A stretch of 64,000 nt of DNA, from positions 75,538-139,537 of the forward strand of contig NW_008246084.1 of the NCBI RefSeq assembly GCF_000281045.1, read 5' to 3'. Source of the DNA: Saprolegnia diclina VS20. Its lineage: Eukaryota. Of the stretch, positions 35,938-46,890 are shown in pieces. The notes below the pieces were generated by a model that saw nothing but the letters and a program-made list of their open reading frames with translations, made no database searches and was not told the DNA's origin. Both the position numbers and the translations under genes were made by a program. The first letter of the stretch is position 1, and every line of letters begins with the position of its first letter.

Positions 35938-37349
35938 CAGTGCAGGCCAAAATGATAGGTTCAACCGTTTTTTAATGACAGCCGTTACAGTTTTCGATAT
36001 TTGCTGGTGATTAAGGTGGCAATCGAAAGCTCTTGCCAAAAGCAATCGATTGCCACCGGAATTAGTGAAAAATGTTGAAAATTGGAGGAGAAATCACAAA
36101 AATGCGTTTTGGACCCTGGCCACAATGTTAGGTTCAAACTCCACTTGCCGCCATTTCACGACCTCTACTGACGACCGAAGGCGCGATATAGGCTAGATTT
36201 GATTCCTAGTGTATGTACGACATATAACATGCGCGTTTGGGTGACAATGGGCCGTGGAAAGCCTTCAAACTTGTACAAACAAGGGCTCTTGCCACCCATG
36301 GCTTCAGCCTACGACGTATCGTAGAGGAGATCGGCCAAGCGCAAAACGCCGTCTACCACTACCTCAAGGACCCCGAAAATTATGACAAGTGCTTTACGAA
36401 GGGCCGTCCGTGCATTCTGAAGCCACGAAATGAGCGTCGCTTGTGCCAGCCAGCGGCGCCTGGTGACTTCAGCTCCACGAAACTCGTGGACAACCTTAAG
36501 CTGCCCGTATCCAGGCTTATAGTGTCATAGATCCGTATGTCCTCTGGCATTTTCAAGTACGTCGAGATGAGCAGGCGCCTCGTTTGAAGCAGCGGAACAA
36601 GTATGGCCGAGTCCCTTGGGGCCAGAAAAAGGCCTATACAATAATGCTATATAAACTGTATGCGCCTTTTTTGCCAACGGCAAGACAGAGCTAGCGTTCC
36701 AGGACGACAACCAATGCGCCGACGGCTACGTCCAAACGTTGAAGAAGTACCTAGCGCCCTTCATGCGTCGCAAATTCCGACGTGGCGGCGCCTTCCAGCA
36801 TGATAACGCCAGCATCAACACGGCCAGGGTGACCAAGCGTTTCGTTCAAGAGTCGAATTTGACCGTCATGGGTAGGCCAGCGCTCTCTCCCGACCTCAAC
36901 TCCATCGAGAATGTGTGGGGGCTCCTTGCGCAACGCGTCTACGGCTTCGGCAAGCAGTACGACAGTGTTGACGACCTCAATACCGCCATTTTGGCCGCGT
37001 GGGAAGGACTCGACCCTGTATACCTCTCCAACCTTGTCGCCGGCATGAAGAAGCGTTGCCTTGATGTCTACAGGGCCAAAGGAGAGCCTATTGGCAAGTA
37101 AACGCTTTATTCAAGCTTCGATTCGCATCGTATTCACCATATTTCTGGCTTGAACCTAACCTTGTGTCCAGGGTCCAAAACGCATTTTTGTGATTTCTCC
37201 TCCAATTTTCAACATTTTTCACTAATTCCGGTGGCAATCGATTGCTTTTGGCAAGAGCTTTCGATTGCCACCTTAATCACCAGCAAATATCGAAAACTGT
37301 AACGGCTGTCATTAAAAAACGGTTGAACCTATCATTTTGGCCTGCACTG
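35938..37349 (+). mobile_element. Tc1/mariner (Tc3-like, DD34E) DNA transposon, 1412 bp, defective transposase
   Basis: TA target duplications at 35936-37 and 37350-51. 200-bp TIRs at 35938-36137 and 37150-37349 starting CAGTGCAGGCC (2 mismatches seen). Confidence 0.95.
36248..37101 (+). pseudogene. Disrupted Tc3-like transposase
   Basis: HTH part SLRRIVEEIG..VYHYLKDPENY..GRP..ERRL; C-terminal FQHDNA-(34 aa)-SPDLNSIENVW. Stops and a deletion lie between them, and the first catalytic Asp region is not found. Confidence 0.9.
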
Positions 37350-38147
37350 TATTGCAAAATGGCGCTACGCGTAGCATCATCCTGGAGGCGGATCATGGTC
37401 AAGACGGGGATGTGTCGAGCAGCTCTTGTCCCCAGCCGACTTGCCACTTGGGTAGGGTTTGCCAAAACGGGTCGAACCTTTGCTCCATGATCAAGGCCGA
37501 CCGCATCAAGAGGGTTCTGAACGACCTGGTGTCGACAGCGACCCTCGACACTGCCGGTATCGTTGGCAGCATTCAAAGTACCGTGCAGGTGAGCGCCATC
37601 GTGGCCAGCAGCTTGATATGCTCACTGCGTAACCTTCGACAGCAAGTCCTTTGGTCGAGCTCATGACAAGACCGCTGCTTCTCGATCGCCTCAGCCATGG
37701 ACCAACCGCTCAGTTTTCGATTCTAGTTGTCGCTGAAGAAAATGATATATACCTTCCGTGATTGCCGACAGCAACCTATAGCGTCCGCGACCACGATCAA
37801 AGCGCTGTTGCGACGGCTCTGGATCATTATGGTCTGCCCAGGCAAAGCCACATGCAATAGTTCAGACGGCGCACTGCAGTGGGTGTGTTGCACTAGCATC
37901 GCTGGTCTTGGCCCTCGCCCGTTGCGTGACGCGATAGCGTCGATCGGTCGCCCCGTGTCATCGACGCGCGTTCGTCATACGAGCCGTTGGTTGGCGTCAG
38001 TCGCTTGCCGTCGAGCTACTCGCTTCGGAAAAATAGGACCTACATTCTGTGTTGCAGATCCGCATGACATCACCGTTGCGAGACGCCGACGTGGTCATGG
38101 CCGAGGATGGATCCTGCAGTCGCAGTTTGCATTTCGCCGCCTTGAAG

Positions 38148-39156
38148 ATGCTCGATGACGTGGCCGTCTACTCGCAAGCGACCGTGAAGGCGCTCTTCCA
38201 GGACATCCGCCACGTCGACTTGCCCAACGGGTTGCACATGGAGTACGCTGTCCACGGCGCCGGCGACGACGCGCCGCACAAGATCCTGCTCCTCATGGGC
38301 CTCATGGGCGAGAAGGAGACGTGGACGCCGCTGCTCGCGACGCTCCTCGACCAGTCGACGCACCACCACGCGCAGTACCAGATTGTGACGCTCGACAACC
38401 GTGGTGTTGGCGGCTCGGACAAGCCGTTCGTGCGCTACACGACCGCGCTCTTGGCAGACGACGCGCGGTTGCTTCTCGAGCACCTCGGCTGGACCCGCGT
38501 CCATGTCGTCGGCGTCAGGTACACCGATCCATCCTTGTTTGAGCATGCATCTCATCGTCATTGGGTGTAGCATGGGCGGCATGGTGGCGCAAGAGCTCGC
38601 GTACGCAGCGCCGCACCTCGTCCGGTCGCTCGCGCTCATCGTGTCGTCACCGGGGCACACGACGGGCGCGTTTCCCGGCATTGCGCAGTTTGCGACGTAC
38701 CTGACGATGGCCAAGTTTGGCTTTGCGCGTACGATGCACGACATCGTCGACACGATGATGAGCACGCTCTATCCCAAGCACTACCTCGCGCAGACGACGT
38801 CGGACGGCCGCACGGTGCATGCGATGCTGCATCAGTACCACCTCGAGCTCCTCGACGGCGTCACGTTCAACTTGGCGGGCGTGCAGGGCCAGCACGCGGC
38901 GGTCTTTGGCCACAACATGAGTCCGGCGCGGCTTGAGGCCGTGCGCGCCCACGGGTTTCCGATGCTCATCGTCGGCGCCGCGCACGACTGGATTCTGCAC
39001 CCGAAGAACGCCGACTACCTCTTTCTGCACCTCGAGGGTCCGCACACGCGCAAGGTCTTCTTCGAATCGTCGGGCCACTGCGTCCAAAACCAGATGCGCC
39101 GCGAGGTGGCCGCCGCGCTCCACGACCATTTTGCCGTCGAGCCTACCGCGCCGTGA
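38148..39156 (+). CDS. Alpha/beta-fold hydrolase paralog 4
   Basis: LDNRGVGGSD; GV-S-MGG split by intron 38519..38570; HDWI; SGHCV. Confidence 0.92.
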
Positions 39157-39703
39157 CGTGCCTTTTGTGGAAGAGTGCATTTTATAACGTCAATGTGATG
39201 GCGCTTGGAGCTACATGCTATGGTACCGCGTGTGTGGGTGTGTGGCTAAGAGGTTGAGAGGTACACGTCTGAACGCCGCTGGGTCTTGGTGTCGGTCCTC
39301 TCGCAGCGGCGGACATGATGGTGCATCCTCGATGTGAGCACAGCTTGCATGAAGAAGACGTTATGCTGAAACATGCGTCATAGCGTTGCAAAAGCTATAA
39401 AGGCTGAGAGAGTGATCCATCGGTTTCATGACGTGGCAGTCTCTCGTTGCATTGCATCGACGCGGTGCACGGCAAAGGTCCACAATAAGTATTGTTTCAA
39501 AGTGCGAGCTAGATCGTTGCTCGCAGTGGTATGTCTAGGTCAAAAGCCTGCTAAACAATCGCGGAAGGTTGATGGCGTCCATCCTGCGATAGCGCAAAAA
39601 CCATGGCTATGAACTGTCGGGCTGTAAAGGCTGCGAGTAAAAGCTAGCATGCCCCGTCGCTTCACCAGGGAAAAACCTGCAAATCGCTTTTACGACGAGC
39701 GCA

Positions 39704-40588
39704 ATGGCATCGCGACATTATCGAAACACCATGCTCTACAACAGCCAGCACATCCAAGACAAGGAGGCCAAGCGCCGCGCGCGCGAAGAACAGCTCTTCC
39801 GCGAGACCTACCCCGCTCTCTACGCCACCGAGCAGCGCCGCAAGGCCAAGCAAGCACGCACAGCAGCCAAGCCAGTGCCGAGCCCCAAGCCACAGCCCAA
39901 AAAGACACCAGTGACCCGGCCCACGGCCAAGACAACCAAGCTGGTGGCCAAGCCTACGCTTGCTCCCCACAAAAAGGCAGCCCCGGCTGCCACCACAACG
40001 CCAGCGCCAGTGCGCTCAACGGCGCCTGCTCCGAAGGCTGCAACGCTACTCGAGATTGCACTAGCCCGAATCACAGAGCTCACGACAAAGCTCGCTGTGG
40101 CTCAACGGACCATTGACGAGCAACACGCCACCATTGCACGTCTCCAACAAGCCACCGAACCTACGACGACGACCCTCGACGACGCAACAGACTGCATTCC
40201 AAGCACCTCGATGACATTGGCGCCAACACTTGTGGCTGATTCAGCCGCCGCGCAAGCTGACACCGACGCACAGAGCTCCGAAAGCAAGTCGCCAATGGCG
40301 ATCATGCAGCAAGCGATTCTTCAGCAAGCACCGAGCCTCCACCGCATTCCTCGGACAGGCAACTTCCTGCACGCGCCGCCGCTGCTCTGGACACCAGACG
40401 AGCGTGTTGCAGCGATCGATACGCTGGTCCGCGCTATCACAGCGATCGAGACGGGGCAGCCGATGGTGCACGAGCCATACTTGGTCCTCGCACCTTGTCC
40501 TCCGGGGCGACTGGACGTGGCGCTCGAGTACGAAGAGACCTTGCTGCGCGGGTTGCTGGCGAGAGCCCACGAGTTGGGCTTATTGTAG
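39704..40588 (+). CDS. Hypothetical protein, 294 aa (basic N-terminus, P/K/T/A linker, coiled coil)
   Basis: Uninterrupted ORF with gene-like composition; no family recognised. Confidence 0.65.
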   Translation: MASRHYRNTMLYNSQHIQDKEAKRRAREEQLFRETYPALYATEQRRKAKQARTAAKPVPSPKPQPKKTPVTRPTAKTTKLVAKPTLAPHKKAAPAATTTPAPVRSTAPAPKAATLLEIALARITELTTKLAVAQRTIDEQHATIARLQQATEPTTTTLDDATDCIPSTSMTLAPTLVADSAAAQADTDAQSSESKSPMAIMQQAILQQAPSLHRIPRTGNFLHAPPLLWTPDERVAAIDTLVRAITAIETGQPMVHEPYLVLAPCPPGRLDVALEYEETLLRGLLARAHELGLL

Positions 40589-40685
40589 CTAGAATACGTC
40601 GCAGTAGATAATAATGAAGTAGTCAATTTAACAAATAACAAAAGAAACATGATTTATACGACAAGCACCATATATATATATATAT

Positions 40686-40766
40686 GAACACCAATCGTCG
40701 AGCAACGACAATACCATATATATATATACAGTATATGGTATTGTCGTTGCTCGACGATTGGTGTTC
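40686..40766. repeat. Perfect 35-bp inverted repeat (11-nt loop) next to (TA)n tracts
   Basis: GAACACCAATCGTCGAGCAACGACAATACCATATA at 40686-40720 is the exact reverse complement of 40732-40766. Confidence 0.95.
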
Positions 40767-41739
40767 GAGCGTGATCACGGCGCCACGTCAATACAATGAT
40801 CCAGTCATAAAATGGTTTATCAAATATCACGTTTGATTGGCTCATTTCTTCGCTTTTTGACCAATCCCGCGCGACAGTCTGTGCCATCGCCGGTCCTGAG
40901 GGCGACCGGTCGACCAACCCTCGTTTGAAAATGAAAGCGCCCCAGCTTGGTCGAGCGATAGAGGACACTATTTAGAGTACATAGGGCTATGCCGCGCCGG
41001 CGTTTGAGGTGTACAGCTAAAGTTATAAGCCAAAGTGTAGTAGATGCACTTACCACATATAGCCATATCTAACCACATTTAAAGTAGAATCCAATTTTCT
41101 GCGTTTGGAAGGCCTGTAAAGTCATATAGAATCGATGGTTGACGCGCATTGGCAAGGGAAAACTGTGCACCGATGTATAAATTTGTCATACCCTCGCTGG
41201 TGCCGAATGAAGCGGCTCAAGATGTCGGCGATCCGATCTTATTGATTTTCAGGGGGTTGCCTTCAAATAGCGTCATTTGCAGCGAATTCACATGCGTAGA
41301 GAACCTCTCACAGCGTGTGGAGCACCAAACATTGGTACATAAGGCCATCTCTGCATTTGGTCGCGCTATGGACACCCGAATGAAGCAGCATTAGATGTCG
41401 GCGATCGGAGCATATCGATTCTCAGAGGTTTTGGACCTGGCTGCCTCCTTGTCAGCGATTGCACATGGGTACCATGTGCTCTACAAGTAGTCCAAGTCCT
41501 CAACGCGTCTTGGTGGGTCGCGTCGCAGTCATTTGCTGCACTTGGTGCACAGCCCAGCCAATGCCAGAGAATGACACGGAGACTCTGTCTCTTGGATCAT
41601 TTTGACTTTGGATTTTGCTCGGTCTTTCGCGGAATACCTCTTTAACATTTCGCAAATAGTCCAAGCGAATACACTAAGAGGCTACTAGAGTGACGATTGA
41701 AAGACATCATATTAGCTAGAAATTGGGTCAATGTCGTCG

Positions 41740-42739
41740 CTACAAGAGACTTCGCGTCTGGAAATGCGCATCGAGGGCCATTGCGATCTCGACGCGTTTC
41801 TCAATGTGGGCGCCATGGGCTGCGTCTTCGTAGATGATTTTGCGCGTCTTGGCGCCCTTGAGGAGACGTGCGAGGATGTCCGAGTTGTTGGGATGCAAGA
41901 GCCGGTCCAGCCGCGCGCCGATGATCAAGATCGGGAACCCGGCCTTGGCGATCGCTCGCAGCCGCGCCGCGCTCATGTGGTGCCGCAGCACCGCCGAGTA
42001 CTGGCCGCACATACCTGTCGCTGTCGCCCGGCTGTGGGCGAGACGTTCCCAGTGGTAGTTGTACACGTGAGTGCCGTACGCGACACCTTCCGCATCCGTG
42101 CGGCTGAGGTATTCCTCCGTGTAGAGTACGTGTATCATTTTGGTTGCAATCTCGTGGCGCGAGGTTGAGAAGAGGTTCTTTGCGAGCTCCCAGTAGCCGC
42201 CGAGCTGCATCGGGCGGGGCGTCGCGCCTTGAACAAACCCGGGCGACGTCACAATGAGCCCGAGCGACTTGACGCGCTCAGGCGCCGCCGACGCAAGCTC
42301 CTGCGAGATCATGCCGCCCATGCTACCCACCGACGCTTGGTGACACAGTGCAATGGAGCGCTAGCGCTTACCTCATGCCCACGATGTGGGCGTGGTGCCA
42401 TCCGAGGTGGTCGAGCAGCTGCAGAGCGTCGTTCGCGAGCATCGACGTCGTGTACAGCCCCGACGGGTGGTCCGTGCCGCCGACGCCACGGTTGTCAAAC
42501 GTCACGAACTGATACCGACGCGCCGACGGCGAGCTCGGGTCCAGGAGCGTCGCGATCAACGGCAGCCACGCTTCCTTCTCGGCCATGAGGCCCATGATGA
42601 GAAGGACCTTCTCGGCGGCGTCGTCGGCGCCATGGACCGCGTACTCGACCTTGAGCCCGTTCTGCAGCGTCGCGTGGCGCACGTCCGCGTACATGGCGAT
42701 CGTCGCCGCCGGGCGGAAGAGCTCGACGTCCGTGGGCAT
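41740..42739 (-). CDS. Alpha/beta-fold hydrolase paralog 5
   Basis: FDNRGVGGTD; GM-S-MGG split by an intron at ~42371..42323; LDRL; AAHGA. Confidence 0.92.
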
Positions 42740-43525
42740 GGCTGGATTGCGCTATGCGGCAAATAACCAAACGCGCCATGCCGTTGCAGTATCCGTGCTG
42801 GAAGGTGCACTGTCGTGCCCCGGGGCACAAAGGCTAGACACACGCAACTGTCATCAAGCAAACGCGCACGACCTGGAAGTATGCGCCGAGCACGACCGTA
42901 AGGGCAGCGAGATGCCCATGGCGTTTCTATTGTCCATACGCACACGGCTTTATAGCTGTTCGCAATGGAGGTCGCTCAAGGAACCCGTCCGATTGGCGCA
43001 AGAGACCTGAGCAGTGCGATGTTGTGCGACCGACTCTTCATGGACCACGGGCGCATGGATACGACTAGAGTGACGACAACACCCGTCATCTACGGCGCGC
43101 GACGACTCGTGCCATCAACAGACGCATGCAAAAACGCGTCTCTGGGCTCGGAAGGATAACCCTACCCGCGATTCGAGCTCGGCGTCCTTGGCGTCTGGAC
43201 GAGAGGTATTGCGTCCGCCAAAAAGCTTGGCACCGAAACCTGGTACAAGGATAGCCCTTGTGTTGCTGCAGAGAACCAAGACGTATACAGCGTCCTCTAT
43301 GTCTTTTGCATTGGTTGGTCATGACGGCCCCTAACATCCTATGGAACAGGGGACCGAAAAGCCAACGTCGCGGGCGAAATCGAGGTACGGAGCGCACACA
43401 TCTTTAGAGCGGGAAAGGACCATAGAATCCTAGCGTTTGGTCGTCAATCAAAGGACGTTCTACACCAATACACTCCCTAATGCATATATATTGTTGAGAT
43501 TCATCCACCTAAAAATACCCGACGC

Positions 43526-44856
43526 ATGCCGGTCAAGCAGGTCAAGGTCGGCGCCCGCCTCGTGCAAGAGATGACTGTGTACGTGAGCACGTGCCAAGAG
43601 TCGCGCACCGACAAGTTTACGACGCGCGTCTCCAAGCTCGCGACGATCGAGACGCTCCAGGCGTTCCTCGTCGAGCAGTGGCGCATCGCCAAGCACAAGC
43701 TCGCGACCGTTCCGATCTCGGAGCACATTTTCAGCTTTCAAGGACGCATCCTGCGTCACGACGCCCACCTCGACATTTACTGTACAACCAAGTCCACACA
43801 GTACAAGACAATAATGTTCACGTAGACGTTGGGAACGGTGACACGATCTTTCTGCGTCTGCCGGGCCACGGCCCCGTGACGACACCGTGGGCCATGTCCA
43901 CGAGCGAGCTCCGGGAAGCACTTCAAGACCGGCGCGCGTACCGTCCAAATCTGCTGCCCGAGCAGCTCGTACGCCGTCGCCTTTGATAAGAGAGATGGCT
44001 ATGGATGGTTGGCGTTAGATGTACCAGCTCCAGCACCTTTTACAGCGCGAGAGTCGACTGGAACGGCTTCAGAAAGCCACCAAACGTGGCGCCACAGAGG
44101 ACGTCAAGCGCATCACACAAGAGCTGCGCGAGCTCGACGCGGAAGAAGCGGCGCGCGCAATCGCAACGAGCTCGGCGCTGCCATCGCGCCCGGCGTCCAT
44201 CAAATGGCCGCACCCGCCGAGTCTCCGGCGCACGGTCTTCTTCTCGCTCTCGGCGCTCGAGCGCAGCTACCAGTCGATCCCACGGGACGTGTTTGAGCCG
44301 GGTATTTTCCTCCTGGACGCGCGCCGGGACTGGGTCTTTGCCAAACACAGTAGCCTCCAGAAACAACTATTCGACTACAAGTACATGGCGTACGAGAAGG
44401 ACTTTTTGGACATGGTCGTCTTCAAGGAAGAGGCCAACCTCGTCTTTTGGTTCCAAGTATATTTCGACTACACGAGCCGACTAACTAACTATAGTTTGTG
44501 GTAGCCCGAGCACAGTCTCGCAGCGCTCTCGACGTTCGTCTCCAATCTTGTCGACCCGTCGACGATGCGCAAGTATGAGCCGTTGATGCTGGAAGTGCCT
44601 AAGTGGCTCACGCTCGGCGGTCACAACGGCTGGGAAGGCAAGCCGCGCCGCGACGGTCGAAAGGTTCAAGCCCACCTCAAACCAGTTTTTACGGCGTACT
44701 TTCAAATCTGGTATCGATTGCAATCTGGTCATGTGCACTACATCTAGGAGCATCCAGCGCATTGTGACCAACTTGGAGTCCGAGAGCTTTGATGTGATCG
44801 CGATCAAGGAGATGCTTGTGCAGGCCAACCCGAGCCTCCTCTTTGCCAGCGACTAG
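43526..44856 (+). CDS. Hypothetical multi-exon protein with an N-terminal ubiquitin-like domain
   Basis: TIETLQAFL..IFSFQGRILRHDAHLDIY/YVGNGDTIFL is ubiquitin-like. Four short GT..AG introns link the ORFs at 43526, ~43826, 44019, ~44505 and ~44748. Confidence 0.7.
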
Positions 44857-44902
44857 AAAAAGGATTGACTAATTAGCAAGAAAACAGGTAGTCGAAGAGT
44901 CG

Positions 44903-45905
44903 CTAGGCTGAGAGGACGACGACGCGGAGCGCGGCAGTGACGCAGACGAGCACCACAAGCACGCACACGTCATCAAAGAGCTTTTTGCCCATGCGAAGAA
45001 TGTCACGGAGCATCGGCACCTGGCTGAGCACCATCTTCATGATCATGCCCGAGTCGTCGGCTTCGTGGTCGCCTGTCACGGGGACACCCACGATGCTGCG
45101 GGCGACCTTGAAGAGCACAGAGAAGAGGAGGCGAATCGCGACGGGGAAGAGCATGAGCGGCGGGTGCGAAAACGACGGCAGGAACCAGCTCGAGGACGCT
45201 GGCGCAACGCTGTCACCACGAGCCAGCGACGCTTGGATGTGGTCGAGGATCGTCACGTCCATCTAGCATGCAACATGAGGGATTGGAGAAGTACATAGTA
45301 ACAAGTACCTGGTCGCGCTCGAGCTGCTGCTTGACCGACTCAATCGGGATGCCCTGCGCGAGGAGCGCCTGGACGGCGGCGTACTGTGGGTTAGAGAGCA
45401 CCGACGCGGTGAGGCCTTCGAGGTCCAGCGTCAGCCCGACGACGATCGCGGCAATGAGAATCACGAGGAGCGCGCCCGTTTGCTCCATCTTGAACATGGT
45501 CACGTCGCGCGAGTAGTTGGACTTGGCCGTGTCTGCGGTGCGCGTCGGCGCCTGGACGGCCGTGGTCGTCGGCGTGGTCGAGGTCGTTGCCGCCGTCGCT
45601 GGCGTCTCGGGTTCATTTTCCTTCTCGACATTACCAAGGCGCTCGGCGACCTTTTCTTGCTGCTTGGCCTTTCGCAGCGCAGCGTCGCGGCGGCGCTGGG
45701 CGGGGTCCACGCGCACGGAGGGCATCACGAGCTCCTTGGTCGCCGCCTCTTCGTTCTCGAGCTCCTTCGCCATCTCTTCGAGCGTGTCATGGGCTGGGTC
45801 CTTGGCGGGCGCGAGCGACCCCGTCTGCCCCGTCACGTACTTGAGACGCTTCTCTTGGCTTGCGAGGATGCGGGCGCGGCGCTGGGCTCGGGCGTCGTCG
45901 GCCAT
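44903..45905 (-). CDS. GET2/CAML-like tail-anchored protein insertion receptor (putative)
   Basis: N-terminal RAQRRARILASQEKRLKYVTG basic motif typical of Get2/CAML; three C-terminal hydrophobic segments; one intron at ~45308..45263. Confidence 0.6.
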
Positions 45906-46890
45906 TGTCGGCTTTGTGGACGTCGGGATTATGACCAATCACAGCGCTGGGCAGCCGCAACAAAATGGCTAAACCCACCGCACTTGAGCCCCCAGTGGAC
46001 GGCTGCACGGTGACGTTTTCGACATGACCGCCATGAACGCAGAGCACAATGTACAGAATGCAGTCTATATACCTAATCGCGCCTGTGCGATGAAGGGTAG
46101 CGCGGTCGAGACCGGTGGCAAGGTTCAAAGTGGCGTGATTTTAGCTGCAGAGAGAAGTCATGGTGGCACTGCTCCTTGCACTTTGAAGCCGCGTGGCATG
46201 CACCCTAGGGCAGAATCCGCATTGTGTCCAGATCTAGTCTCGCGCATCACGCATGGCCAATGGTTCTGGAACGGTCCCGGCAGTGTCGACCACAAGAATG
46301 CTCGGCCGAACGATCAACCACACTCCTTGCCACTTCAACCGCGCCGATCCCGAGGTAGCACGGCAAATTGGTTCTGTGAAATGGTGCGTCACCAACTGCG
46401 GAGTAATGACCGTGCCTGGCTATACGATAGCTTACCCGTGCCAGATGCGGCGAGCACCGTAGTAGCTCTCACGTCAACCTTCCACGTCAGCCAAAGCTTT
46501 TCTTGGCGACCGCTTTGCATCTGATCAAACGCACGACCCTCGTACTACCGTCGTCTCGCTTCTGGGTCGTTCGTCTGGGTTGGTACCAGATCCAAGCTTC
46601 TGCCCAGCAACTCAGATACAACACAATCCGAGAACGAAACCCAGATTGCATTGAGATTACGGCAAACTGAGCTGGCTAACGGCAGTGTCGGCGCAGTCAT
46701 CTACAAAGAGAATACGAGATGAGATGAGTGAGCGACAAAGATTGAGAGGGGTTGGCAGCAGCACGGCGCGACGAAGATGCGCGTCCAAGATGCGAGCGCA
46801 TCGGACGGGTCGCAGAAGACGGCGCGTGCTGCTGCCAAGGTTAAATAGTCGTGTTGTTTTTGTGGGTTTCTTCTACTGTACGGGACTGGC

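Noticed and set aside
37242..37666. ORFs overlapping and following the right TIR of the transposon
   Set aside because: They partly translate the TIR itself, and no family is recognised.
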